A stretch of 64,000 nt of DNA, taken from an uncultured cyanobacterium. Its GTDB lineage: Bacteria > Cyanobacteriota > Cyanobacteriia > PCC-9006 > JAAUQQ01. Under the pieces are notes generated by a model. It saw only the letters and a list, made by a program, of their open reading frames with translations, was not told the origin of the DNA and did not search any database. This document shows, piece by piece, positions 20,758 to 31,424 of this stretch. How positions within the stretch are numbered: the first letter of the stretch is position 1; every line of letters begins with the position of its first letter. The stretch is from assembly GCA_963718615.1 (NCBI GenBank), contig OY970368.1:384001-448000 (forward strand), in the 5' to 3' direction. A program made the position numbers and the translations under genes.

Positions 20758-20841
20758 AGGGCAGAGGTGAAATTGTTTTGATCGGTGTTCTCAGTATGAT
20801 GGATGGCTGGGGAAGGCGCGTGTGATGGGGAGGCATTTTTT

Positions 20842-21606
20842 ATGCATTGGATACCCTTGGGGTTGGGGGGGCTGGGGGCGGGGTTGCTGGCTGGCATTTT
20901 GGGCATTGGCGGGGGGACGGTGTTGGTGCCGGTTTTGGTGGCGTTGGGGGTTTCGCCGATTCAGGCGATCGCCACCAGCTCCTGGGCGATCGTAATTACG
21001 TCTCTTTCGGGAACGGTACAAAACTGGCGCATGGGGCTGTTACGGGGCGAGGAGGTGGTTTATATTGGCCTACCCGCATTGGTGGCGACGCAACTGGGGG
21101 TGGTTTTAGCGACGATTTTGCCGAGTCAGGTTTTGCTGATTGCGTTTGGTCTGTTGATGCTGCTGAATATCTATTTGATGTCGTTGCGGCAGGAATTGCA
21201 GGCAGGAGAGCCTCAGCCCACAAGCGCTCGAACGGTCAGAGTTCAGCGGTTGGTTCAGGGGGGAACGGGGATGATCGCTGGGGCGATCGCGGGTCTATTG
21301 GGGGTGGGGGGCGGGGCGATTATGGTGCCGTTGCAGATGTTGTTGTTGGGGGTGCCGATTAAGCGGGCGATTCAGACGAGTTTGGGGGTGGTGGTGTTAA
21401 CGGCGATCGCTTCAACGGTTGGGCATGGGGTCCAGGGCAATGTGTTGTGGGGGCCGGGGCTAGTTTTGGGGTTGGGAGGATTGCTTGGGGCTCAGTTGAG
21501 TACGCGGCTATTGCCGAAGTTGCCGAGTGGGGGGGTGAGTCTTTTGTTTCGGCTGTTTCTGTTGCTGTCGGCGGCCTATAGTTTTTGGCAGGCGGCGGGC
21601 GGTTAG
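20842..21606 (+). CDS. Sulfite exporter TauE/SafE family protein
   Basis: Duplicated G(I/V)GGG motifs and multiple TM helices. Confidence 0.9.
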   Translation: MHWIPLGLGGLGAGLLAGILGIGGGTVLVPVLVALGVSPIQAIATSSWAIVITSLSGTVQNWRMGLLRGEEVVYIGLPALVATQLGVVLATILPSQVLLIAFGLLMLLNIYLMSLRQELQAGEPQPTSARTVRVQRLVQGGTGMIAGAIAGLLGVGGGAIMVPLQMLLLGVPIKRAIQTSLGVVVLTAIASTVGHGVQGNVLWGPGLVLGLGGLLGAQLSTRLLPKLPSGGVSLLFRLFLLLSAAYSFWQAAGG

Positions 21607-22126
21607 GGCTGGGGTTGCGAAAAAGATGCTGATTGTGCGGGGAGTGGGGTGGGTTGTGGGCTTGGGATTGCGGAGGGGCGATCGGTAAGTTCTATTTTTC
21701 TTTCATGAAATTTACTGAGCTGGGGTTGGAAAATTTGCGTGAAATTGGGGAGCAGCAGTTGCGGGAATGGGGCGAAAGGTGGAGAGAGGGGGCTAAAAGG
21801 GGAGTTTTTGGGTGAGTATTTAGGGTTTTAGTTGATTTTGTCTCGGTGTTCTTAGGGATTGCCTAAGTTTGCAATTTGCTGATTTCTTCGAATAAGAACC
21901 TTAGGTTGATTTGGGCAGTTTAAATTTATAAAAGATGGCTTTTAGCACTGAGTGCTTTAAAGAGGATTGAGTCAATAATTAAGACAAGCGAATCGAAACG
22001 TTGTTTCACCCGGTTGCGATTCTCTTTCAACTTTAGAAAAGCTTGATTAATAAAGCTTTGCTGTCTGGGTTGAGTGTGGGTTTTATTCTCGTTTTCTTTT
22101 TTGATTACTCAGGAGTCTGACAAGAC

Positions 22127-22639
22127 ATGCGTACTTTTAATCGTTTGGCGATCGCTGCTGGTGTTATCCTCGGTTCTTCGGTGCTCTATGCTTCGTCTGC
22201 CATGGCAGCAGATGTGACAATTAGCGGATCTGTTACTTCTCAAGCTAGCGTTACACTAACCAATGGTAATCAAGCCTTAGTTTTGGGAGGCACAGGTACA
22301 GGTACGGGATTAACTGACCATATCGAAAAAGCCGCTGATGTATCGCTGTTCACTAACAATACTGGTGGATTAGAGTTAACAATTACCTCTGGTAACTTAA
22401 CTAATGGTACTCCTGGTAGTAGCACAATTGCCTATCAGGTCGTAACTACCGCCGATACTTTGACACCTGCATCTGGCGACTTTACCCAGGCTTCTAGCAC
22501 AGACAAAAAAGAGAGCATTACTACAGGTTTTACCAATGGTGCATTGGAGCGTGATTTGCATGTAATGTATACAACTCCTGAGTTGTTAGATCCAGGCATA
22601 TATACTGCAACTATCACTGTAACTGTCGCAGATCTGTAG
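22127..22639 (+). CDS. Chaperone-usher fimbrial major subunit (putative)
   Basis: AGGAG SD; signal peptide ending AMA; Thr/Gly-rich beta protein with C-terminal 'PGIYTATITVTV'; first gene before chaperone and usher. Confidence 0.75.
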   Translation: MRTFNRLAIAAGVILGSSVLYASSAMAADVTISGSVTSQASVTLTNGNQALVLGGTGTGTGLTDHIEKAADVSLFTNNTGGLELTITSGNLTNGTPGSSTIAYQVVTTADTLTPASGDFTQASSTDKKESITTGFTNGALERDLHVMYTTPELLDPGIYTATITVTVADL

Positions 22640-22713
22640 TTGCGCATTGTCAGCATCGAAAGTCTGCTAAGCCTAGAGCCCGTTTCATAGGGCTTAAGTA
22701 AGGCAGCTCTCTA

Positions 22714-22749
22714 TTCTACGGTGGGATACAGATAGAACTCACCGTAGAA
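22714..22749 (+). promoter_or_regulatory. Intergenic stem-loop after the major pilin gene
   Basis: ttctacggtg...caccgtagaa 10-bp inverted repeat. Confidence 0.55.
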
Positions 22750-22787
22750 AGCTTACATATTATGTGAATTCATACTGGAGAGAAAGG

Positions 22788-23240
22788 ATGAGAAAAAGCC
22801 TTGTTCTTATAGGATCACTTATTTCTCTGTTCGTAGAAATAAGTGTCTCTGCTCAGCCAGTCTTGAATGTTAATCCTAGTACAGATCGAAATTCATTGAC
22901 TCTAGATGGAACAGGGACATCTTCAACGCATATAGCTAAAATTGCCGACCTTACTGTTTCTAGTGTGGCTCAAAATGGATACACTCTGGTGATCACTTCA
23001 GGCAATATAAGCAAATCTGATGGCCAGGATATTCCCTATCAGGTTACCGCAGTAAATACTGGAACAAACCCAACTTCTGGGAGCTTTACAGTTCCTGCCG
23101 GAAGTTCTTATATCTTGTGTAGCACTACCACTCAATCGTTGGATGTATATATTCGTTATACACCAGCAAGTTTACAGGATCCAGGGCTGTACAGTAGCGT
23201 CGTCAGCGTCACGGCGGAAGACAATGTAAATGCTTGTTGA
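22788..23240 (+). CDS. Second fimbrial subunit, paralog of 22127-22639
   Basis: Shares 'H..K.AD', 'L.ITSGN', 'I.YQV', 'YT.....DPG.Y' with the upstream pilin; signal peptide. Confidence 0.7.
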   Translation: MRKSLVLIGSLISLFVEISVSAQPVLNVNPSTDRNSLTLDGTGTSSTHIAKIADLTVSSVAQNGYTLVITSGNISKSDGQDIPYQVTAVNTGTNPTSGSFTVPAGSSYILCSTTTQSLDVYIRYTPASLQDPGLYSSVVSVTAEDNVNAC

Positions 23241-23267
23241 TTAAAACTATTGTTTTCTAGAATTGAT

Positions 23268-24026
23268 ATGAAGGCAAGATTATACGGATTAGGATTAGGC
23301 ATTGCTGCTTGCGTAATTACTTTTGCACGCTCAGCGCTTTGTTTCCAGATTCTTCCTATGTCGCAAACGTTTAGTCCATCAGGATCTGGTTCAACGCAAT
23401 CTTATGAAATATCTAACTCTAAAGATGAACCTATTGCGATCGAGGTTTCTGTTGTAAAAAGATTAGTGGATGCTAATGGAGAAGAAACTCAAATACCAGC
23501 AGAAGAAGATTTTGTAATTTATCCACCACAAGTTTTATTAGGACCTCAATCGAAACAAACAGTTAGAGTAACTTGGGTTGGAGATCAAGATCCTAGTCAA
23601 GAACTATCTTTCCGTTTGGTCGTGGAGCAATTACCAGTACCGCTTGAAGTCAAGAAGGAAGGCTCACTACCTCCTAGTCGGGCAGTGGCAGCATTTCAAG
23701 TTATGCTTCGCTATGCTAACTCTCTGTATATTCGTCCTTCTCATGCAAAATCAGATGTTTTGCTTCAGAGTGTAAGTATGGAACGGGATAACGCTGGAAA
23801 GTGGTTACAGGTCCATATTAAAAATCAAGGTACTGCACATCAGACCTTAGAACTCCCGAAAATTCAGCTAACCTCTTCCAATCGCTCGATTATTTTGGAA
23901 GGTGAAGTTTTGGAACCCATTAATAGACGGACGATTTTAGCGGGGGGTGAGCGTCGCTTCCGCATTCCCTGGCCCACCGAACTCCCCGAAGGCGAAGTCA
24001 CCGGACAACTTATCCTGCAAAAATAA
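23268..24026 (+). CDS. Fimbrial periplasmic chaperone (PapD-like fold)
   Basis: Signal peptide; 'VIYPPQVLLGPQSKQTVRV', 'ELSFRLVVEQLP', 'IKNQGTAH', 'ILAGGER'. Confidence 0.85.
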   Translation: MKARLYGLGLGIAACVITFARSALCFQILPMSQTFSPSGSGSTQSYEISNSKDEPIAIEVSVVKRLVDANGEETQIPAEEDFVIYPPQVLLGPQSKQTVRVTWVGDQDPSQELSFRLVVEQLPVPLEVKKEGSLPPSRAVAAFQVMLRYANSLYIRPSHAKSDVLLQSVSMERDNAGKWLQVHIKNQGTAHQTLELPKIQLTSSNRSIILEGEVLEPINRRTILAGGERRFRIPWPTELPEGEVTGQLILQK

Positions 24027-24031
24027 GTCCC

Positions 24032-26767
24032 ATGGAACAACCCCCTACTCCCCATAGGGCAACGCATCTACACCACCTAAAACGCCTGAGAACCCTTTCC
24101 CTCAGCCTCATCAGCCAACTCAGCTATCCAATCTGGGCCACAGTTCACTGTCCCCTCCTAGCAGAAGTTCCCCCTCCCCCAAGCCTTCACCCCCCCGAAA
24201 CCCCTTCGCCTCTACCCAGCCCGCTTTCTGCTGTTTCTACCGAACCCCTGGCCCCTGAAGCTTTTGCCCCTGAAACTTCAGCCCCTGAGCCACCCGCCCC
24301 TGAGCCACCCGTAGAAACCGACGAAACCGAGCTAGTTCCTGCTGCAACGCCCGATCGCCAAACCCTCTTCGAGCAAGTCTTCGGCAAACCCAAACCGGGC
24401 CAAGCCCAAAACGTCATCATCCCCTGGAGCATCAACCAAAACCGCCAGGGCGAAATGGGCATCAACATTGGCGCAGACCCCAACACCATTAGCTGGAACG
24501 CCACCAGCTTCCTCGAAACCCTCGGCGCAACCGTCAAACCCGAGCTGCAAGCCCAGCTCAAAATTCTCAGCACCCAGGGACCCTTTTCCCCGGAAACGCT
24601 GAAAACCCTGAACATCGAAACCCAATTTAATCCCCAAGACCTCACCCTCAATATCGTTCTTACCCCCGCTCAACTGCGCACCAACGTCGTCACCACCAAA
24701 AGCAACCGCAACAACCTCGACAGTTCGCCCACGGTGAATCCCGCAAAGATTAGTGGCTACGTCAACATGCGCGGCAACCTCGGCTGGAACTGGATTTCCG
24801 AGCGCGACGAAACCGGCAGACAGCCCCTCGCCCTCAGCTGGGACGGCGTAATGAACCTCAACGGCTGGGTTCTCGAAGGTCGCGCTGACTTTACCGAAGA
24901 CGGAACCCCCCGCTGGCGACGGGGAGATTTGCGGCTGACCCATGATTGGCCCACCCTGGCCATGCGCGCCAGCGCCGGAGAAATCTCCACACCCACCACC
25001 GGCTACCAGCGCGGCCAAGCGATTTTAGGCCTTTCTGCGGCACGACAGTTTGGCATTCAACCCGACCGCATCACCCGCCCCATCAGCACCTACGAATTTT
25101 TTCTCGAAGCCCCCTCCGAAGTCGAAATCTACATCAACGGCGACAAAGACCGTACCCTCGACCTGCCCGCCGGAACCCAAGATTTACGAGATCTCTCCCT
25201 CGGCGCAGGCGTCAACGATATTGAACTCGTCATTACAGATCCCGTCGGTCGAGTCCAACGGCTGCAGTTTTTTGCCCCCACCGCCTCACAACTTTTGGCT
25301 CCAGGGCTGCAACAGTTTGCCTATAGTTTTGGCGTGCCCGTGACCAAAGACGGCGAAACCCGCATCTACAACTGGGACGACCCCTTGCTAACCGCTTCCC
25401 ATCGCTGGGGCCTGAGCAATACGCTCACCAGCGGAGCCTATCTGCAAGCGCGCTTAAACCAACAACTCCTCGGTTGGGATGGGGCCTGGGCGACAACCTT
25501 GGGGAGCTTTGATTGGGATCTGGCCCTCAGCCGCGATCCATCCCTTGGTCTCGGCTACGCTGGGAAATTGAACTACAACTATCGCCGAGCCGGGGATACC
25601 CACAATCGAGCCTTAGGGCTGGGTTTGGAATATCGCAGTCCAGACTTTCTCAGCGTTGGAGAAGCAGAGGCCAACAACGACACGGCTTTAGAAGCTCGGC
25701 TCACCTATAGCCAGACCCTGTTTGAGAAAATTCGAGCCAATTTGGGGGCGCGGTACCAGTGGGGACGGGGCGATCGCAATGGCGATCGCAACAATGCCTA
25801 CCGCCTCAACCTCGGCCTCTCCCGCCCCATCGGCCCAGGCCGCAACCTGGGCATCACCCTCAGCCACGAACAGCGGGAAGACGGTTCCACCGACAACCAA
25901 GCCAAAGTTAATTTTTCCATGTCCTTTTCGCCTCGCCAGGGACAAACAATGCGACTGTCCACCGACGCGGATCTCGGCGGCTTTAGCAAACAGCAAATCA
26001 ATTGGAACTACAATCCTCGGGCTGCGTTCAACAGCATCAAAACCGGCGCAACCTTGAACTACACTCCAGAGGATTGGGATGTGAACCAACGCATGTCTTG
26101 GCAGGGGCATCGGGCTCAATTGGAGTTGCAAAACAAAGTTGAAGGGAATACGGGGTCTTGGCTGGATCCGGCATCGATGGAAAGTAATCTGACGTTTGGG
26201 TCGGCGATCGCCTTCGCCGATGGTCACTGGGGCTTCTCCCGTCCCATTAACGGCAGCTTTGCCCTGCTGGTGCCCCATCCCACACTCAAGGATATCGACG
26301 TCGAAATCAACCCCAGCCGCTCCGGTGCCGCCGCAACCATTGACACCTGGGGAGCCGCAATTTTGCCGGGACTGTCGGAATATCGTCTCAACACCGTCAA
26401 TCTAGATGCCCCAGAACTCCCCCTAGGCTATTCCCTCGGTCGCTCCAGCCATCGTCTCCGCCCCAGCTATCGCCGGGGTACGCTGATCACCGTCGGGAAT
26501 GATGCCACGGTCTTCCTACGCGGCATCTTGCAAACTGCCGAAGGGACACCCCTCGAACTGGCCACCGGCGAAGTCATTGCCCTGAATGATCCCCATTGGA
26601 AACCCATCACCCTCTTCACCAACCGCGTCGGCAAGTTTGCCCTCGAAGGCTTTAAGCCCGGTCGCTATACCATTCGGTTGACCAGCGGTGAGCAGCTAGA
26701 GTTTACAATTCCAGAAACAGCCACAGGGGTTTATAACCTCGATATTTTGAAGGTTCCAGCGACCTAA
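24032..26767 (+). CDS. Fimbrial outer-membrane usher protein
   Basis: 911 aa; plug-like 'PSEVEIYING...LPAG...GVNDIELVITDPVGR'; beta-barrel pattern; C-terminal 'FTNRVGKF...PGRYTI'. Confidence 0.88.
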   Translation: MEQPPTPHRATHLHHLKRLRTLSLSLISQLSYPIWATVHCPLLAEVPPPPSLHPPETPSPLPSPLSAVSTEPLAPEAFAPETSAPEPPAPEPPVETDETELVPAATPDRQTLFEQVFGKPKPGQAQNVIIPWSINQNRQGEMGINIGADPNTISWNATSFLETLGATVKPELQAQLKILSTQGPFSPETLKTLNIETQFNPQDLTLNIVLTPAQLRTNVVTTKSNRNNLDSSPTVNPAKISGYVNMRGNLGWNWISERDETGRQPLALSWDGVMNLNGWVLEGRADFTEDGTPRWRRGDLRLTHDWPTLAMRASAGEISTPTTGYQRGQAILGLSAARQFGIQPDRITRPISTYEFFLEAPSEVEIYINGDKDRTLDLPAGTQDLRDLSLGAGVNDIELVITDPVGRVQRLQFFAPTASQLLAPGLQQFAYSFGVPVTKDGETRIYNWDDPLLTASHRWGLSNTLTSGAYLQARLNQQLLGWDGAWATTLGSFDWDLALSRDPSLGLGYAGKLNYNYRRAGDTHNRALGLGLEYRSPDFLSVGEAEANNDTALEARLTYSQTLFEKIRANLGARYQWGRGDRNGDRNNAYRLNLGLSRPIGPGRNLGITLSHEQREDGSTDNQAKVNFSMSFSPRQGQTMRLSTDADLGGFSKQQINWNYNPRAAFNSIKTGATLNYTPEDWDVNQRMSWQGHRAQLELQNKVEGNTGSWLDPASMESNLTFGSAIAFADGHWGFSRPINGSFALLVPHPTLKDIDVEINPSRSGAAATIDTWGAAILPGLSEYRLNTVNLDAPELPLGYSLGRSSHRLRPSYRRGTLITVGNDATVFLRGILQTAEGTPLELATGEVIALNDPHWKPITLFTNRVGKFALEGFKPGRYTIRLTSGEQLEFTIPETATGVYNLDILKVPAT

Positions 26768-26780
26768 GGTACCGTTGCCC

Positions 26781-27938
26781 ATGCATCGCCCCATTTATCT
26801 CGACAACCATGCCACAACGCCCCTAGATCCGAGGGTGCTGGAAGCCATGCTGCCCTACTTCACCGAAGCCTTTGGCAATCCCGCCAGCACCACCCACAGC
26901 TATGGCTGGGAAGCCCAGGCCGCCGTTCAACAAGCCCGTGAGATCCTCGCGGCTAGCATCAACGCCGAACCCACCGAAATCGTATTCACCAGCGGTGCAA
27001 CGGAAGCCAACAACCTCGCGATCAAAGGGGTCGCCGAAGCCTCTTTCAGCCAGGGTAAACACATCGTCACCGTCGCCACCGAACATTCTGCGGTCCTCGA
27101 TCCCTGTCGCTATCTTGCAACCCTCGGGTTTGAACTAACAATTTTGCCGGTACAACCGGATGGTTTGCTAGACCTTGACCTGTTCAAAGCTGCCCTGCGG
27201 GACGATACGATTTTGGTCTCAGTCATGGCTGCAAATAATGAAATTGGCGTGCTCCAGCCGATTCAAGCGATCGCCGCCCTCTGCCGCGATCGCAATATCC
27301 TTTTCCACACCGACGCCGCCCAAGCCCTCGGCAAAATTCCCCTAGATGTCCAGGCGATGCAAATCGATCTGATGTCGATGACGGCCCACAAACTCTATGG
27401 ACCAAAGGGCATTGGCGCGCTTTATGTGCGTCGTAAAAATCCTCGGGTGCAGTTAGCCCCTCAACTCCATGGGGGGGGCCATGAGCGGGGCCTGCGATCG
27501 GGAACGTTGTACACACCGCAGATTGTGGGGTTTGGAAAGGCGGTGGCATTGGCGCAACAAGAGTCTTTAGGTCAAACCGAGCAAACGGTGAGAGAATTGC
27601 GCGATCGCCTCCATAACGCCCTCAAAGCCCTCGGCGGTGTGCATCTCAACGGTCATCCCACCCAGAGATTACCGGGAAACTTGAATCTCAGTTTTGAGGG
27701 GGTGGCGGGTCCGGCCTTGCTTTTGAAATTGCAGCCGGTGGTGGCGGTTTCGTCGGGTTCGGCTTGTACCTCGGTCAACTCAGACCCTTCCCCTGTGTTG
27801 CTGGCCTTGGGGCGATCGGCTCCGCTCGCCCAGGCTTCGATTCGATTTGGCTTAGGACGATTTACAACGATGGCGGAGGTTGATCGGGTGGCGGCGCATG
27901 TGCGGGAAACGGTGGTGGCGTTGCGGAACGGACGGTAA
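26781..27938 (+). CDS. iscS: Cysteine desulfurase (IscS subfamily)
   Basis: 'IYLDNHATTP', 'FTSGATEANN', 'HTDAAQ', 'TAHKLYGPKG', 'SSGSACTS'. Confidence 0.95.
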   Translation: MHRPIYLDNHATTPLDPRVLEAMLPYFTEAFGNPASTTHSYGWEAQAAVQQAREILAASINAEPTEIVFTSGATEANNLAIKGVAEASFSQGKHIVTVATEHSAVLDPCRYLATLGFELTILPVQPDGLLDLDLFKAALRDDTILVSVMAANNEIGVLQPIQAIAALCRDRNILFHTDAAQALGKIPLDVQAMQIDLMSMTAHKLYGPKGIGALYVRRKNPRVQLAPQLHGGGHERGLRSGTLYTPQIVGFGKAVALAQQESLGQTEQTVRELRDRLHNALKALGGVHLNGHPTQRLPGNLNLSFEGVAGPALLLKLQPVVAVSSGSACTSVNSDPSPVLLALGRSAPLAQASIRFGLGRFTTMAEVDRVAAHVRETVVALRNGR

Positions 27939-28064
27939 TGTCATCATTCGCGATCCGTTCATGATCCGTTCTCAATTTTTCCGCAAACGGTTTGTGGAGA
28001 ACCACAGAGTAGATCGTTTAAGATCAGGATCAAGCTGTAGTCAAACGCCATTGGAGGTTATGGG

Positions 28065-31000
28065 ATGGATAGTCGTGTGTCTGGAGCAACTCCATCCACC
28101 TCGTCGGTTTACGAGGATCAAACCCAGGCGATCGCCCGCCAACTCCTCTCTGAGAGCCGGGAGAAGCGATCGCTCTTCTCCAAAATGCGGGATCAACTGC
28201 GATGGGACGACAAGCTCCTGGCCTGGACCATGGAGAATCCTGGCCTACGGGTGCAAATGTTTCGATTGATCGATGCCTTGCCAGCCTTGCGCTCTAAGGC
28301 CGAAATTGCCCGACATTTACAGGAGTATCTCGACGACGCCAGCGTTGAACTGCCCCAGGCGCTCAAGGGCCTACTCAACTTTGCCGATGCAACCTCGATG
28401 CCGGGGCAAGTGGCAGCGACGACGCTGTCAACGGCAGTAGAAACCCTCGCACGCAAGTACATCGCCGGGGAAACCCTCAACCAAGCCCTCAAAACCATCG
28501 AGCAACTGCGCAAGCAATCCATGACCTTTACGATGGATTTGCTGGGGGAAGCGGTGATTACAGAGCCGGAAGCTGAGTCCTATCTGAACCAGTATTTGGA
28601 GTTGATGACCCAACTCAGCGAAGCGACAAAGCGTTGGAATTCCGTTCAGCAGATCGATCAAGCAGATGGCGTAGCGTTGCCCAAAGTCCAGGTTTCGGTG
28701 AAGCTGACGGCGTTTTATTCGCAATTCGACCCGCTGGATGTGGAAGGTAGTCGGGCTAAGGTGAGCGATCGCATCCGTATCCTCCTGCGCAGGGCCAAGG
28801 AACTGGGTGCAGCGGTTCACTTTGACATGGAACAGTATCGCTATAAGGACGCGACGCTAGAAACCCTGAAACAGTTGCTGATGGAACCGGAATTTCGCGA
28901 TCGCACCGATCTCGGCATCACCTTCCAAGCCTATCTGCGGGACAGCTACAAAGACTTAAAAGACTGGATCGAGTGGGTAAAACAACGGGGCAATCCCCTG
29001 ACGGTCCGCTTGGTGAAAGGCGCTTACTGGGATCAGGAAACGATTTTGTCGCGCCAAAACCATTGGCCCACACCGGTTTATAACCACAAGTCTTCCACCG
29101 ATGCCAACTTTGAGCGGATGACACAGTTGCTATTAGAACATCACGAGTATTTGTACGCAGCCATTGGCAGCCACAACGTCCGCTCCCAAGCCCATGCCCT
29201 GGCGATCGCCCAAACCCTCAACATCCCCCCCCGCAACATCGAATTCCAAGTCCTCTACGGCATGGCCGACAACCTCGCCACCGCCCTCGTCAAACAGGGC
29301 CACCGCGTCCGCGTCTACTGCCCCTACGGCGACCTCATCCCCGGCATGGCCTACCTGATCCGGCGACTGCTGGAAAACACCGCCAACAGCTCCTTCCTGC
29401 GCCAGAACCTAGAGGAACGCCCCGTAGAAGAATTGCTCGTGATCCCCGCTTGGGGAGAGGGCGATGGCGATACGGATACTGTTCGACCGACTGCGATCGC
29501 CTCTACAACTGATCCGGTGATCCGGATTAATCCGGCGGCAGATACCGATTATGCGATCGCCCCTCTCCGCGACACAGCCCTAGCCGCACTGACCAAGGTG
29601 CGTCAGCAACTTGGCAAAACCTACTGGCCCATCGTCAATGGTGAAGCCATCCAAACAGACGCTAAGGTTGAATCGGTTAACCCGTCTAACCCCTCCGAAA
29701 TTGTGGGAACCGTGGGGCAGATCAGCATTGAGCAGGCAGATGGGGCGATCGCCGCTGCCAAAGTTGCCTTTGAAACCTGGAAACGCACCCCAGCCCAGGA
29801 ACGAGCCGCGATCATTCGCAAGGCCGGAGACTTGCTGGAGCAACGCCGCCATGAGCTGAATGCTTGGATGGTGTTGGAAGGCGGGAAGCCGTTGCACCAA
29901 GCCGATGCGGAGGTGTCAGAGGCGGCGGATTTCTGTCGGTATTATGCGGCGGAGATGGAGCGGCTCGATCAGGACATTAATTATGATGTGGCGGGGGAGC
30001 GCGATCGCTACCACTACCGGCCCAAGGGCATTGTCCTGGTGATTTCCCCCTGGAATTTCCCCCTCGCCATCCCCACGGGCATGACCGTCGCAGCCCTCGT
30101 AACTGGCAACTGTGCCCTGCTCAAACCCGCAGCGGTGACCTCGGTGATTGCGGCAAAGCTGAGCGAGATTTTGCTAGAGGCGGGCCTTCCTCGGGGAGTA
30201 TTCCAATACGTGCCCGGTCGCGGTTCGACGGTGGGCAATCACTTGGTTAAGCATCCCGACACCCACATGATTGTCTTTACCGGCTCCCAGGAAGTCGGCT
30301 GTCAAATCTATGCCGATGCCGCGATTTTGCAACCGGGGCAAAAGCATCTCAAGCGTGTGGTGGCGGAAATGGGCGGCAAGAATGCCATCATCGTCGATGA
30401 AAGTGCCGACCTGGATCAAGCGGTCCAAGGGGTTGTCTATTCTGCCTTCGGCTACAGTGGCCAGAAGTGCTCCGCCTGTTCCCGCGTGGTGGTGATGGCT
30501 TCGATTTACGAGACTTTTGTAGCACGTCTTGTAGAAGCAACCCAGTCCCTTAATGTTGGCGACGCATCCAAGCCTAGCACTAAGGTCGGCCCGGTGATCG
30601 ACGCAGCGGCCCAGGCCAAGATCCGCGAGTACATCGCCAAGGGCAAGGCGGAAGCGACGCTGGCGGTGGAGTTGCCCTCGCCGGAGCCGGGATATTTTGT
30701 CGGCCCTGTGGTGTTTACGGATGTCGATCCCCAGGCGGCGATCGCCCAGGAGGAAATCTTTGGGCCGGTGTTGGCGGTGATCAAGGCGGGGGATTTTGAC
30801 CAGGCTTTGGCGATCGCCAACGGCACCCACTACGCCCTCACCGGCGGTCTCTACTCCCGCACGCCGTCCCACATTGCCCAGGCGGAGGCGGAGTTTGAGG
30901 TAGGGAATTTGTATATTAATCGCAGCATTACGGGGGCGATCGTGGCACGGCAACCGTTCGGCGGCTTTAAGCTCTCGGGGGTGGGCTCGAAGGCGGGGGG

Positions 31001-31091
31001 ACCGGACTATTTGTTGCAGTTCCTGGATCCGCGCACGGTGACGGAAAATGTGCAGCGTCAGGGCTTTGCGCCGATTGAGGGGGTGGATTGA
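28065..31091 (+). CDS. putA: Bifunctional proline dehydrogenase / glutamate semialdehyde dehydrogenase
   Basis: 'RLVKGAYWD', 'YLIRRLLENTAN', 'SPWNFPLAI', 'AEMGGKN', 'GQKCSA', 'EEIFGP'. Confidence 0.97.
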   Translation: MDSRVSGATPSTSSVYEDQTQAIARQLLSESREKRSLFSKMRDQLRWDDKLLAWTMENPGLRVQMFRLIDALPALRSKAEIARHLQEYLDDASVELPQALKGLLNFADATSMPGQVAATTLSTAVETLARKYIAGETLNQALKTIEQLRKQSMTFTMDLLGEAVITEPEAESYLNQYLELMTQLSEATKRWNSVQQIDQADGVALPKVQVSVKLTAFYSQFDPLDVEGSRAKVSDRIRILLRRAKELGAAVHFDMEQYRYKDATLETLKQLLMEPEFRDRTDLGITFQAYLRDSYKDLKDWIEWVKQRGNPLTVRLVKGAYWDQETILSRQNHWPTPVYNHKSSTDANFERMTQLLLEHHEYLYAAIGSHNVRSQAHALAIAQTLNIPPRNIEFQVLYGMADNLATALVKQGHRVRVYCPYGDLIPGMAYLIRRLLENTANSSFLRQNLEERPVEELLVIPAWGEGDGDTDTVRPTAIASTTDPVIRINPAADTDYAIAPLRDTALAALTKVRQQLGKTYWPIVNGEAIQTDAKVESVNPSNPSEIVGTVGQISIEQADGAIAAAKVAFETWKRTPAQERAAIIRKAGDLLEQRRHELNAWMVLEGGKPLHQADAEVSEAADFCRYYAAEMERLDQDINYDVAGERDRYHYRPKGIVLVISPWNFPLAIPTGMTVAALVTGNCALLKPAAVTSVIAAKLSEILLEAGLPRGVFQYVPGRGSTVGNHLVKHPDTHMIVFTGSQEVGCQIYADAAILQPGQKHLKRVVAEMGGKNAIIVDESADLDQAVQGVVYSAFGYSGQKCSACSRVVVMASIYETFVARLVEATQSLNVGDASKPSTKVGPVIDAAAQAKIREYIAKGKAEATLAVELPSPEPGYFVGPVVFTDVDPQAAIAQEEIFGPVLAVIKAGDFDQALAIANGTHYALTGGLYSRTPSHIAQAEAEFEVGNLYINRSITGAIVARQPFGGFKLSGVGSKAGGPDYLLQFLDPRTVTENVQRQGFAPIEGVD

Positions 31092-31169
31092 GTTTAGGCT
31101 TAAGACACCGGGTGTGTGCAAGGCTCTTTGAGCAGGCAGCGAAGATGCGGGAAAACACCTGGTGTTTAG

Positions 31170-31424
31170 CTACAGATTATAGAGGTAGTTGACAATGCCC
31201 TCCTCTGCTTTAATGACAGGCAAAAACAACTGATACTCCCATCCTTCTCCAGCAGGACGATCCTTTTTAGCGATGTAGTCTTGCCTTGGCCCCCCTTTTC
31301 CTTCCACGCCTGCATAACGTTCAACTGTGTGAAAAATGAATACTCTGGCGTAAGCGTAGCTGAGTAAGTATATGCACAGCATACCCAATAGAATCGGGAG
31401 TAATTTACTGTTTTTCTGCATCAT
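31170..31424 (-). CDS. Small hypothetical protein with N-terminal TM helix (probable second cassette of array A)
   Basis: MMQKNSKLLPILLGMLCIYLLSYAYAR...; lies directly downstream of attC-A. Confidence 0.55.
   Translation of the reverse strand: MMQKNSKLLPILLGMLCIYLLSYAYARVFIFHTVERYAGVEGKGGPRQDYIAKKDRPAGEGWEYQLFLPVIKAEEGIVNYLYNL

Noticed and set aside
21607-22126. c-di-GMP riboswitch or invertible switch upstream of the fimbrial operon
   Set aside because: Only a weak hairpin near 21990-22022; no riboswitch consensus, flanking inverted repeats or recombinase seen.
30174-31121. 315-aa minus-strand ORF and similar nested ORFs throughout the window
   Set aside because: Antisense to putA or other well-supported GC-rich genes.
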